This document shows positions 1-8,406 of a stretch of DNA of 64,000 bases, piece by piece. Made by a program: the position numbers and the translations under genes. The stretch's first letter is position 1, and every line of letters starts with the position of its first letter. The notes under the pieces are model-generated. The model worked only from the letters and a program-made list of their open reading frames with translations, did not search any database and was not told the DNA's origin. The DNA is from Hydrogenophaga sp. (GTDB lineage: Bacteria > Pseudomonadota > Gammaproteobacteria > Burkholderiales > Burkholderiaceae_C): positions 31,444-95,443 of the forward strand of contig NZ_CBFHOP010000007.1 of NCBI RefSeq assembly GCF_965657535.1, read 5' to 3'.

Positions 1-1154
1 CCGGCGAGGGCGGCGGGGAAACCGCGCTGCTGGACGTGGCGCTGTCGCTGGGCTGGCGGCTGACCCTGGCAGCGGCGGTGATGTATGTGCTGATGCGCTG
101 GCTGCTGCCAGCGGTGGTGGCGTCGATGGCACGCTCGCAAGAGCTGCTGCTGGTGTTTGCCATTGCCTGGGGCGTGGCACTGGCGGCCCTGGGCGAATGG
201 GCCAGTTTCAGCAAAGAGGCGGGCGCCTTCATAGCGGGCTTTTCGCTGGCTTCCACGCCCTACCGCGAAGCCATGAACGCCCGGCTCACCGGCATCCGCG
301 ACTTTCTGCTGCTGTTCTTTTTCATCGACCTGGGGGCCAAGCTCGACTTCTCGACGCTGGGCGCCGAGGTGGTGCCAGCCATCGTGCTGTCGGTGTTCGT
401 GCTGATCGGCAACCCGCTGATCGTGATGGCCATCATGGGTTACATGGGCTACCGCAAGCGCACCGGCTTCATGGCCGGGCTCACGGTGGCGCAAATCAGC
501 GAATTTTCCATTGTGTTTGTGGCCATGGGCATCACGCTGGGCCACATCGGCGTGCAGGCGCTGGGCCTCACCACGCTGGTGGGGCTGATCACCATCACCC
601 TGTCGACCTACATGATTCTGTATTCGCAACCGCTGTACGAACGCCTGGCACCGTGGCTCGGCGTGTTTGAGCGCAAAAACCCGTTCAGAGAATTGGCCGC
701 CGAGCAGCAGCCGGCGCTGAGCCACCCGGCCGAGGTGGTCGTGTTTGGCCTGGGCCGCTACGGCAGCCGCCTGCTGGTGCAACTGCGCGCGGCCGGCATT
801 GAAGCTGTGGGCGTGGACTTCGACCCCGAAGCCGTGCGCAAACTGCAGGCACGGGGCTTGCCGGTGTATTTTGGCGACGGCGAAGACGCCGACTTTCTGG
901 AAAGCCTGCCGCTCAAGCACGCCCGATGGGTGATCACGAGCTTTCCGCAATGGGAGTCCAACCGCGCACTGCTGCATGCCTTGCAGACAGCCCGCTACAG
1001 TGGTGAGGTGGCAGGCGTGGTGCGCGATGCGGCGCACGGCCGCGCCATGGCCGAAGCGGGCATACAGCGCATCTTCAACCCGTTTGACGATGCGGCCGAC
1101 CACGCCGCCGAACGCCTGGCCCACGACATTCGCCACAAGGAGCACGCCCCATGA
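1..1154 (+). CDS. Kef-type (CPA2) cation:proton antiporter, C-terminal ~380 aa including a TrkA-N/RCK domain; 5' end lies outside the window
   Basis: The frame of ORF 36..1154 stays open back to nt 3, so the gene starts upstream. Hydrophobic helices (FLLLFFFIDLGAKL, SEFSIVFVAMGITLG) are followed by a Rossmann-type VVVFGLGRYGSRL motif as in TrkA-N. The stop overlaps the next start (ATGA at 1151-1154). Confidence 0.8.
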   Translation, partial: GEGGGETALLDVALSLGWRLTLAAAVMYVLMRWLLPAVVASMARSQELLLVFAIAWGVALAALGEWASFSKEAGAFIAGFSLASTPYREAMNARLTGIRDFLLLFFFIDLGAKLDFSTLGAEVVPAIVLSVFVLIGNPLIVMAIMGYMGYRKRTGFMAGLTVAQISEFSIVFVAMGITLGHIGVQALGLTTLVGLITITLSTYMILYSQPLYERLAPWLGVFERKNPFRELAAEQQPALSHPAEVVVFGLGRYGSRLLVQLRAAGIEAVGVDFDPEAVRKLQARGLPVYFGDGEDADFLESLPLKHARWVITSFPQWESNRALLHALQTARYSGEVAGVVRDAAHGRAMAEAGIQRIFNPFDDAADHAAERLAHDIRHKEHAP

Positions 1155-2044
1155 ACCCGACGCAGCCAATCCTGGCGGTGACCGATTTTTCGCCTCTGGC
1201 CCGCCACGCCGCCGAGCGCGCGGCCCGTCTGGCCCATGAAACCGGCGCACCGCTCACGCTGATGCATGTGCTGTCGGGCGGCGCCCTGCACAGCCTGCGG
1301 GAGTGGCTGGGCGCCAGCCACCCGCTGGCCGCCCAGCTGCAGGCCGACGCCCAACAACAGCTCGACCATCTGGCGGCCGATCTGCACGCCGCGCGGCACG
1401 TGAGCGCGCACACCGCACTGGCCAGCGGCTCGGTGCTGGACGAGATTGGCCAAAAAGCCGACGAACTGAACGCCGCGCTGCTGGTGTTGGGCGCGCGCGG
1501 TGAGGGCTTCTTGCGGCGCCAGGTGCTGGGCTCCACGTCAGAACGGCTGCTGAGCCGCACCACCCGCCCCTTGCTGGTGGTGCGCCAGACGCCGCACACC
1601 GCCTACCGGCGCGCGCTGGTGGCGCTGGATTTTTCGCCCTGGTCGCTGCAGGCGCTGGCGGTGGCGCGCCGGGTGGCGCCCCACGCGCACCTGGTGCTGT
1701 TCAACGCGTTTCAGGTGCCTTTTGAGGAAAAACTGCACTTTGCCGGGGTGGACGCCAACACCATTGAGCACTACCGCCAACAAGCCCGCACCCAGGCTGT
1801 GCAGCAGGTGCATGCGCTGGCTGAGAGCGCTGGGCTCAAGGCCAGCCAGTGGGAGCCTTGCATTGTGGAGGGCGACCCGTCGCAACGGATGGCCCAACAA
1901 GAGCTGGCGCTCGACTGCGACCTGGTGGTGCTGGGCAAACACGGCCAGTCGGCCACCGAAGACCTGCTGCTGGGCAGCGTGACCAAGCACATGCTGGCCG
2001 AGGGCAGCGCCGACGTCTTGGTGTCCACCGCCCACGCCAGCTGA
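1151..2044 (+). CDS. Universal stress protein, tandem Usp domains
   Basis: Two Usp-like halves: ILAVTDFSP...LTLMHV and ALVALDFSPWS...LVLFNAF. The C-terminal DLVVLGKHGQS...LLGSVTKHML is the ATP-binding type motif. Confidence 0.85.
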   Translation: MNPTQPILAVTDFSPLARHAAERAARLAHETGAPLTLMHVLSGGALHSLREWLGASHPLAAQLQADAQQQLDHLAADLHAARHVSAHTALASGSVLDEIGQKADELNAALLVLGARGEGFLRRQVLGSTSERLLSRTTRPLLVVRQTPHTAYRRALVALDFSPWSLQALAVARRVAPHAHLVLFNAFQVPFEEKLHFAGVDANTIEHYRQQARTQAVQQVHALAESAGLKASQWEPCIVEGDPSQRMAQQELALDCDLVVLGKHGQSATEDLLLGSVTKHMLAEGSADVLVSTAHAS

Positions 2045-2045
2045 C

Positions 2046-3413
2046 ATGGCACTGCCCATGCCTGCCCCTTGGCTGCGCGCGCTGGCTTGCGGTGCGCTGG
2101 CCGCTGCCGTGCACCAGGCCGTGGCCGGGCCCGAGGCCTTGCGCGCCGGGCTGGCCTTGTTCACACTCATCGGCGCGCTGTGGATGACCCAGGCACTGCA
2201 CCTGACCGTGACCGCCCTGCTGGTGCCGCTGCTGGCGGTGGCCGCCGGGCTCATGGGCATGCGGGAGGCTCTGGCGTCGTTTGCGCACCCCATCATTTTT
2301 CTGTTCATGGGCGGCTTTGCGCTGGCCGCCGCCTTGCAGCAGCAAGGTCTGGACCGCGCCCTGGCCCATGCCGTGCTGCGCCTGGCCTCAGGGCAGCGCA
2401 CACGCGCGGTGGCGCTGCTGTTTGGACTGACCGCCCTGCTCTCCATGTGGATCAGCAACACCGCCACCGCCGCCATGGTGCTGCCCATGGCGCTGGGTCT
2501 GCTGCACGACGGCGATGAAAACGAACCCGAAACACCGAGCGCCATCGGCCAGCGCGAGCGCATCTTCGTGCTGCTGGGCGTGGCCTACAGCGCCAGCATT
2601 GGCGGCATTGGCACGCTGGTGGGCAGCCCGCCCAACGCCATCGCGGCCGCGCAGGCGGGCATGGGCTTTGCCGACTGGATGCGCCTGGGTTTGCCCATGG
2701 TGGCGCTGCTCATGCCGTTGATGTTGGGGGTGCTGTACCTGATGCTGCGTCCGACCCTGGGTGGCCGCATCGAGCTTGCACCGCAGGCCTTTGCATGGAC
2801 CCCCGCCCGGCGCACCACGCTGCTCATCTTTGTTCTGACGGCAGCGGGCTGGGTCGGCTCCGCACCACTCGGCCAGGCACTCGGCATCTCCGCCGACCTC
2901 GACAGCTGGGTTGCCATCGCGGCATTGGTGGCCCTGGTCGCAACCCGTGCCCTGGACTGGAACACCATTGAGCACCAAACGCACTGGGGCGTGCTGCTGC
3001 TGTTTGGCGGCGGGCTGGCGCTGAGCCAGGTGATGCAGGTCAGTGGCGCCAGTGCCTTCATGGCGGGTGCGCTGGTGAGCGCGGTACAAGACGCACCGGC
3101 GCTGTGGCTGCTGCTGGGGGTGGTGGCCTTTGTGGTGTTTCTCACCGAGCTGGTGAGCAACACCGCCAGCGCCGCGCTGTTGATCCCGATCTTCATGGGT
3201 GTGGGGCCCGCCCTGGGCTTGTCGGGTCCGCTGCTGGCTGCGGCCATTGCCGTGGCGGCTTCCTGTGCCTTCATGCTGCCCGTGGCCACACCGCCCAACG
3301 CCATGGTGTTTGCCACCAGCCTGGTGCCGCAAGCCACCATGATGCGCTGCGGCCTGGTGCTCAACGTGGTGTGCATTGGCGCCATTGCCTTGGTGGCCGA
3401 GGTGGTATTTTGA
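2046..3413 (+). CDS. DASS/SLC13-family anion:sodium symporter (ArsB/NhaD permease superfamily)
   Basis: Polytopic membrane protein with duplicated signature blocks SNTATAAMVLPMALGL / GSPPNAIA and SNTASAALLIPI / ATPPNAMV, typical of DASS transporters. Confidence 0.85.
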   Translation: MALPMPAPWLRALACGALAAAVHQAVAGPEALRAGLALFTLIGALWMTQALHLTVTALLVPLLAVAAGLMGMREALASFAHPIIFLFMGGFALAAALQQQGLDRALAHAVLRLASGQRTRAVALLFGLTALLSMWISNTATAAMVLPMALGLLHDGDENEPETPSAIGQRERIFVLLGVAYSASIGGIGTLVGSPPNAIAAAQAGMGFADWMRLGLPMVALLMPLMLGVLYLMLRPTLGGRIELAPQAFAWTPARRTTLLIFVLTAAGWVGSAPLGQALGISADLDSWVAIAALVALVATRALDWNTIEHQTHWGVLLLFGGGLALSQVMQVSGASAFMAGALVSAVQDAPALWLLLGVVAFVVFLTELVSNTASAALLIPIFMGVGPALGLSGPLLAAAIAVAASCAFMLPVATPPNAMVFATSLVPQATMMRCGLVLNVVCIGAIALVAEVVF

Positions 3414-4996
3414 ACAACCTATGGCAATCCAGCAGCCTGCTGGTCGGCGGCCTGGGCCTGTTTCTCATGGGCATGTCCATGATGACCGACGGCCTCAAGC
3501 TTGCCGCCGGCCCGGCCTTGCACAACATCTTGAGCAATGCCACCCGCACCCGCTGGCACGCACTGGGTTCGGGCGCCCTCGTCACGGCCATGGTGCAATC
3601 GTCCACGGCGGTGGGCGTGGCCGCCATTGGCTTTGTCAACGCGGGCCTGCTGGGGCTGGCCCCGGCGGTGTGGGTGGTGTTTGGCGCCAACGTGGGCACC
3701 ACGATGACCAGCTGGGTCGTGGCCCTGGTGGGCCTGAAATTCAAAGTGGAAGCGCTGGCGCTGCCGCTGGTGGGCCTGGGCGCGCTGATGCGAATGACCG
3801 GCGAACACCAGCGACGCGGCGCGCTGGGCACGGCGCTGGCTGGCTTTGGCTTGCTTTTCATGGGCATCGGGCTGCTGCAACAGGCTTTTGTGGGGCTGGC
3901 CGACCAGATCCACCTGCCGCAGGGAACCGACGCCGTTTCGGTGCTGGCCCAGCTGGGCATCGGCCTGATGATGACGGTGCTCATGCAGTCGTCCAGTGCG
4001 GCCATGACGATCACCCTGGCGGCCGCCCAGAGCGGGCTGATTGGCCCGCAAGGCGCCGCCGCGGTGGTGATTGGCGCCAACATTGGCAGCGCGGTGACCA
4101 CCGCCCTGGCCGGCATTGGCGCGACACCCAACGCCCGGCGCACCGCAGCGGCCCATGTGATCTTCAACCTGCTCACGGGCACGGTGGCGCTGATGCTGTT
4201 GCCCTGGCTCATGGGTGCCCTCTCCACCGCGCGCGAGGCGCTGGAACTGCCTCCAGACCCCGCCACCAAGCTGGCACTGTTTCACACCACCTTCAACCTG
4301 CTGGGCGTGGTGCTCATGTGGCCGCTGGCCGACCACCTCACGCGCTGGCTGCTGCAGCGCTTTCGGGAGCGCGAAGAGGACGAAGCCCAGCCCCGCTTTC
4401 TGGACGACAACGTGTTGGCCGTACCCACCCTGGCGCTGGACGCGCTGGAGCGTGAGGTCACCCGCTTCGGCCAGCTGTGTGTGCGCATGGCGCATGCCGC
4501 GCTGAGCGGCGCCACCCCGGCTGCGATGGTGAGCGACCAGACCGTCATGACCCAGCTCGACGCCGCCGTGGAGGCTTTTGTTGAACGCATGAGCCGCTCC
4601 GCACTGACGGCACAGGGCAGCGAACGGCTGGCCGAGCTGCTGCGCATACAGCGCTATTACGAAACCTGCGCCCGCCAAGCGCTGGCCGCTGCCCCGCTGC
4701 AACCACCCGCAGCCGCCAACGCCGTTTTGATGGAGCGCCACCAGGCCTTTGTGGCCGCCACACAGGCACTGCTGAGCGCCCACGACGAACCCACGCCAGC
4801 CGATACGGCGCTGGACCCGCAAGCCATGGAGCAACACTACCAGGCGCTGAAGGCGGCGGTGCTGGCTCAGGCCGCTGCGGGCATGGTGCCGCTGGCCGAC
4901 ATGGAAACCTTGCTGGGCCGCTACAGCGCCCTGAGGCGCGCCGTGCAGCAAGCCCTCAAGGCACGCACCCGGTTGCACGCCCAAACCGCCGCATAA
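3410..4996 (+). CDS. Na/Pi cotransporter family protein (NptA/YjbB-like) with C-terminal PhoU-like helical region
   Basis: GLFLMGMSMMTDGLKLAAG, VTAMVQSSTAVGV and MTVLMQSSSAAMTITL are the duplicated Na_Pi_cotrans repeats. I place the start at TTG 3410, which overlaps the stop of the previous gene. The 3104 start in the ORF track lies inside the DASS gene in another frame. Confidence 0.8.
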   Translation: MNNLWQSSSLLVGGLGLFLMGMSMMTDGLKLAAGPALHNILSNATRTRWHALGSGALVTAMVQSSTAVGVAAIGFVNAGLLGLAPAVWVVFGANVGTTMTSWVVALVGLKFKVEALALPLVGLGALMRMTGEHQRRGALGTALAGFGLLFMGIGLLQQAFVGLADQIHLPQGTDAVSVLAQLGIGLMMTVLMQSSSAAMTITLAAAQSGLIGPQGAAAVVIGANIGSAVTTALAGIGATPNARRTAAAHVIFNLLTGTVALMLLPWLMGALSTAREALELPPDPATKLALFHTTFNLLGVVLMWPLADHLTRWLLQRFREREEDEAQPRFLDDNVLAVPTLALDALEREVTRFGQLCVRMAHAALSGATPAAMVSDQTVMTQLDAAVEAFVERMSRSALTAQGSERLAELLRIQRYYETCARQALAAAPLQPPAAANAVLMERHQAFVAATQALLSAHDEPTPADTALDPQAMEQHYQALKAAVLAQAAAGMVPLADMETLLGRYSALRRAVQQALKARTRLHAQTAA

Positions 4997-5203
4997 GCAA
5001 CCGGCAAACCGAGGCCGCGCTAGGCGCCAGGCCCGCGACCAGAAACCGCGAACCATGCCACGCCTGCGCTCATCGGGTTTACCCTCAACTTCACAACTGC
5101 AACATCCTGTTTTAACGAAGAAATCATCCATATTTGTCTGCTTTTTAAAGGGTTATGAATGCTCTAACCTGAGATCCGTTCTATTCCCTTTCTAACGGAG
5201 ACC

Positions 5204-6127
5204 TTGATGAAGAAGTCCCTTTCGCTGCTGGCCATGGTGTTTGCCTTGGGCCTGTCCACCGTGGCCATGGATGCCGAGGCGGCTCGCCGCATGGGCGGTG
5301 GCAAGTCGTTGGGCATGCAACGCGATGCCACCCCGCCCAAAGCGCCCACAGCAACCCCTGCACAAACGCCGTCGGCTGCGCCCGGTGCAGCGGCTGCCGC
5401 TCCGGCTGCCGCTGCCGCTTCCAACCGCAGCAAATGGCTGGGTCCCATCGCTGGCCTGGCGGCGGGTATCGGCCTGATGGCATTGGCCTCGCACCTCGGC
5501 TTTGGTGAAGGCCTGGCCAACATGCTCATGATCGGCCTGATGATCATGGCCGTGCTGGCGGTGGTGGGCATGGTGATGCGCAAGCGCGCGGCCGCCCAGG
5601 CGGGCTCTAGCGGTGGCATGGCCTACGCTGGCGCTGGCGCCGCAGGTGGCTCGCAGCCCATGCCTGCCTTCAAAGCAGCCATGCCGCCAACCGCTTCGGG
5701 TGGCTCCATGATCGGCGCCGGCATTGGGGCCAACGCGCCCACCGGCAACCGCATCCCTGCCGACTTTGACGTAGCTGGCTTCGTGCGCAACGCCAAGGTC
5801 AACTTCATCCGCCTGCAAGCCGCGAACGACGCCGGCAACCTGGACGACCTGCGCCAGTTCACCACGCCTGAAATGTTTGCCGAACTGAAAATGGACCTCG
5901 CCGACCGCGGTGCTGCCGAGCAACACACCGACGTGGTGCGTATCGACGGCGACGTGATCGACGTGGAAGAGAACGCCGACGGCTACGTGGTGAGCGTGCG
6001 GTTCACGGGCGAAACCCGTGAAGGTGACGGCGCCGAGACCGAAGCGTTTGACGAGATCTGGCACCTGAGCAAGCCCCGCCATGGCTCGGGCGGCTGGCTG
6101 CTCGCCGGCATTCAGCAAATGCAGTAA
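5204..6127 (+). CDS. Tim44-like domain protein (signal peptide, Ala/Pro-rich linker, TM helix, C-terminal Tim44-like domain)
   Basis: N-terminal MKKSLSLLAMVFALGLSTVAMDA signal sequence, a low-complexity AAAAAPAAAAA tract and a TM segment LMIGLMIMAVLAVVGMV. The C-terminal FVRNAKVNFIRLQAANDAGNLDDLRQFTTPEMF...WHL matches bacterial Tim44-like proteins. AGGAG-like GGAGA lies upstream of the ATG. Confidence 0.75.
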   Translation: MMKKSLSLLAMVFALGLSTVAMDAEAARRMGGGKSLGMQRDATPPKAPTATPAQTPSAAPGAAAAAPAAAAASNRSKWLGPIAGLAAGIGLMALASHLGFGEGLANMLMIGLMIMAVLAVVGMVMRKRAAAQAGSSGGMAYAGAGAAGGSQPMPAFKAAMPPTASGGSMIGAGIGANAPTGNRIPADFDVAGFVRNAKVNFIRLQAANDAGNLDDLRQFTTPEMFAELKMDLADRGAAEQHTDVVRIDGDVIDVEENADGYVVSVRFTGETREGDGAETEAFDEIWHLSKPRHGSGGWLLAGIQQMQ

Positions 6128-6172
6128 ACCCTTTCCGCGCCTGGCCACAGCGCCAGGCACGGTGGTTTCACA

Positions 6173-6206
6173 AGCCCCCGCGCACCAGCGCCGGGGCTTT
6201 TTTTTT
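6173..6206 (+). terminator. Rho-independent terminator after the Tim44-like gene
   Basis: AAGCCCC-CGCGCACCAGCG-CGGGGCTT stem-loop (6 + 4 bp stem) followed by nine T residues. Confidence 0.65.
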
Positions 6207-6356
6207 GCTGATGGGCTGCGCCGGTTTGGCCGGCGAAAGCCTTGCGGCCACACGGCGACGGGCTCGAACGGGAGGCCACGCCGCTTTAATTAATTCTTAA
6301 GGCGTATATTGATGCAATAACGCATACCCCACCCACCTGAAAAAAAGCCGTTAACC

Positions 6357-6782
6357 ATGGCCCTGCAAGAAATCGTTTATGTCAGTCTCGCCAGCAAGCC
6401 CCTGCAGGACAGCGAGCTGTGCGCGTTGCTCTCCCAGTCGCGGAGGGACAACACGGCGCTTGGCGTCACTGGCATGCTGGTCTACCACGCCGGCAAATTT
6501 TTGCAGCTGATCGAAGGCGAGCAGGCGGTCATCGCCGACCTGTACAACGCCATTGCCCAAGACAGCCGGCACCAGTCGATAGAAAAAATCTGGGATGCCC
6601 CGCTGAGAGCCCGCAGCTTTTCAGACTGGTCCATGGCTTTTGTGACCGACCACCCGCTGGCGCTGGCACCCGCCGAGGGCTACGCGCTGCTGAGCGCCCA
6701 GGAGCTTTTTACCCACGGCAGCGACGCCACCGGCAAGAAACTGCTGCTCGGCCTGCGCGACCATCTGCTGCGCAGCCATTGA
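6357..6782 (+). CDS. Short stand-alone BLUF domain protein (FAD blue-light sensor)
   Basis: IVYVSLASKPL...LLSQSRRDNTALGVTGMLVYHAGKFLQLIEGEQAVIADLYNAIAQDSRH carries the BLUF signature (Y-x-S, N, ITG-like, Q..EG, D.RH). Total 141 aa with a short C-terminal extension. An AT-rich promoter-like region lies upstream (6290-6350). Confidence 0.85.
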   Translation: MALQEIVYVSLASKPLQDSELCALLSQSRRDNTALGVTGMLVYHAGKFLQLIEGEQAVIADLYNAIAQDSRHQSIEKIWDAPLRARSFSDWSMAFVTDHPLALAPAEGYALLSAQELFTHGSDATGKKLLLGLRDHLLRSH

Positions 6783-6844
6783 GCGGCTGAAAGTCTGCGG
6801 TCGAGTCACGCGTGGCACGCTGCGCGGGGCCCGACAATAGCCGC

Positions 6845-7453
6845 ATGGACACTTACCTCATCATGCTGGCCTTGGGCGTGGGCGCCTACGTCATGAAAAA
6901 CGTCGAACAGCGCCAGCGCATTGGCTTGCTCAGCGGCTACCTGCGCAAGTACCAGCTGGAAAAGCTGATGGAAAACCTGACCGAAGGCTACCTGCGGGCG
7001 CTGGGTGAAAGCGACCCGCAGCGCAGCGAACCGATCTGGCGCATGCTGGTGAGCACCGAGCAATCGGTGGCCGACCAGATGGGTCGCCTGGCTGCCGACA
7101 TGGCCCACATGGGTGAAGAACAGGCCCGCGTGCTGCGCTGGCCACTGGCGGTGCCCCTGGCCACACGCTGGCTGCCCGCCGCCACCTTCGATCTGCGCCA
7201 GCTCATGGCGATTCACGCCAAAGGTTTCGCCAGCGCCGTGCACAACACCGCCGGCTTGGGCCGCAAAGAACAGGCGTACACGCTGTCGGCCGAGTTGTTT
7301 TTGTTCCAGCACACCTGCCACTGGTTTTGCCGTTCCAAGGCAGTGGCCTCGGCCCGCCTGATGGCGCGGCAAAAAACCGCCCACGCACAGGTGCTGGCCG
7401 CCGTGTCGCCCCAGACGCGCCAGGCCTACACCGCGCTGGTGGGCGCGGTTTGA
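6845..7453 (+). CDS. Conserved hypothetical protein with N-terminal TM helix
   Basis: Coherent ORF with GC3 bias. MDTYLIMLALGVGAYVM is a hydrophobic N-terminus. Start uncertain: GTG 6812 or ATG 6845. No family recognised. Confidence 0.5.
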   Translation: MDTYLIMLALGVGAYVMKNVEQRQRIGLLSGYLRKYQLEKLMENLTEGYLRALGESDPQRSEPIWRMLVSTEQSVADQMGRLAADMAHMGEEQARVLRWPLAVPLATRWLPAATFDLRQLMAIHAKGFASAVHNTAGLGRKEQAYTLSAELFLFQHTCHWFCRSKAVASARLMARQKTAHAQVLAAVSPQTRQAYTALVGAV

Positions 7454-7469
7454 AGACCCGGGTGGCACC

Positions 7470-8117
7470 TTGGCTGCGCTGCCGATTCTGTATTCGTTCC
7501 GCCGCTGCCCGTATGCCATCAGGGCGCGGCTGGCGCTGAGCCATGCCGGCGTGGCCGTGGCGCTGCGCGAGGTGGACCTGAAACGCAAACCGGCCGAGCT
7601 GCTGGCGGTGTCGCCCCGGGCCACGGTGCCGGTGCTGGTGACCGAAACCGGCGACGTGCTCACGCAGAGCCTGGACATCATGCACTGGGCACTGGTTCAG
7701 GCCAGCAACACAGACTGGCTGCAACGGGGCGACGGCGCCACCACGCGCCAGCTGGTGAACGCCAACGACGGCGACTTCAAACACTGGCTGGACCGCTACA
7801 AATACCCGGAGCGCCATCCCGATCGCGCACAAGCGGCCTACCGGGACGAAGCGGTGCGTTGCCTGATCGAACCGCTGGAAGCCGCCCTGCTGGCCAGCGG
7901 GCACCTGGGTGGGGGTGGCCCGTGCTGGGGCGATGCGGCTGTGTTTCCGTTTGTGCGGCAATTCGCGGCGGTGGACGCCGCATGGTGGGCGCAAGCGCCC
8001 TGGCCCGCCACCCAGGGCTGGCTGACCCGCTGGCTGGACAGCGCCTTGTTTGCCGCCTGCATGCACAAATACCCGGTGTGGCAGCCTGGCGATGGGCCGC
8101 AGCGTTTTCCTGGCTAG
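7470..8117 (+). CDS. Glutathione S-transferase family protein
   Basis: PILYSFRRCPYAIRARLAL...VPVL is a GST N-terminal thioredoxin-like fold motif, followed by a helical C-terminal domain. The only in-frame start is TTG at 7470. Confidence 0.8.
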   Translation: MAALPILYSFRRCPYAIRARLALSHAGVAVALREVDLKRKPAELLAVSPRATVPVLVTETGDVLTQSLDIMHWALVQASNTDWLQRGDGATTRQLVNANDGDFKHWLDRYKYPERHPDRAQAAYRDEAVRCLIEPLEAALLASGHLGGGGPCWGDAAVFPFVRQFAAVDAAWWAQAPWPATQGWLTRWLDSALFAACMHKYPVWQPGDGPQRFPG

Positions 8118-8121
8118 CGCG

Positions 8122-8289
8122 TCAATCTCCGCCGTCTTCGGCGGCGTCTATCGCAGGCTCGTCAGCGGGCGATGACGGTGTCTTTTCGGGAAAACACATG
8201 CGCTCACCGTTCCACTGCTGGCCGCACCAGCAGAGGCCTTCGTCGTTGATGATGCAAGTGCCTGTGCCGCAGCAACGGTCGTCATCCAT
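8122..8289 (-). CDS. Small cysteine-rich protein (55 aa), below the ORF-track size cut-off
   Basis: My own translation of the minus strand: MDDDRCCGTGTCIINDEGLCWCGQQWNGERMCFPEKTPSSPADEPAIDAAEDGGD*. Six Cys in the first 32 residues and an acidic tail. AGGA lies 9 nt upstream of the ATG, and codon third positions are GC-biased like real genes. Confidence 0.45.
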   Translation of the reverse strand: MDDDRCCGTGTCIINDEGLCWCGQQWNGERMCFPEKTPSSPADEPAIDAAEDGGD

Positions 8290-8406
8290 GGAGGTGGTCC
8301 TGATATGAAGGGTGCAGCGGCTACACGTGCGCTGCGTTGGCCGCCAGCTTACGCGGGTCGCAAAGACCTGTCAGCCAACGGCCCTTGGCGGCACCAGGCC
8401 AAACGC

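Noticed and set aside
3104-3409. ATG-initiated 5' extension of the Na/Pi cotransporter ORF
   Set aside because: It lies inside the DASS transporter gene in another frame. The family-typical sequence only begins at about 3410.
3419-5131. 570-aa minus-strand ORF
   Set aside because: It is antisense to the Na/Pi cotransporter gene and has shadow-ORF composition.
5055-5195. 46-aa + strand ORF (MPRLRSSGLPSTSQ...) in the gap before the Tim44-like gene
   Set aside because: It has no RBS and AT-rich, non-coding-like composition. The region more likely holds the promoter and 5'-UTR of the Tim44-like gene.
5192-6253. 353-aa minus-strand ORF
   Set aside because: It is antisense to the Tim44-like gene, which has a signal peptide, an RBS and a terminator.
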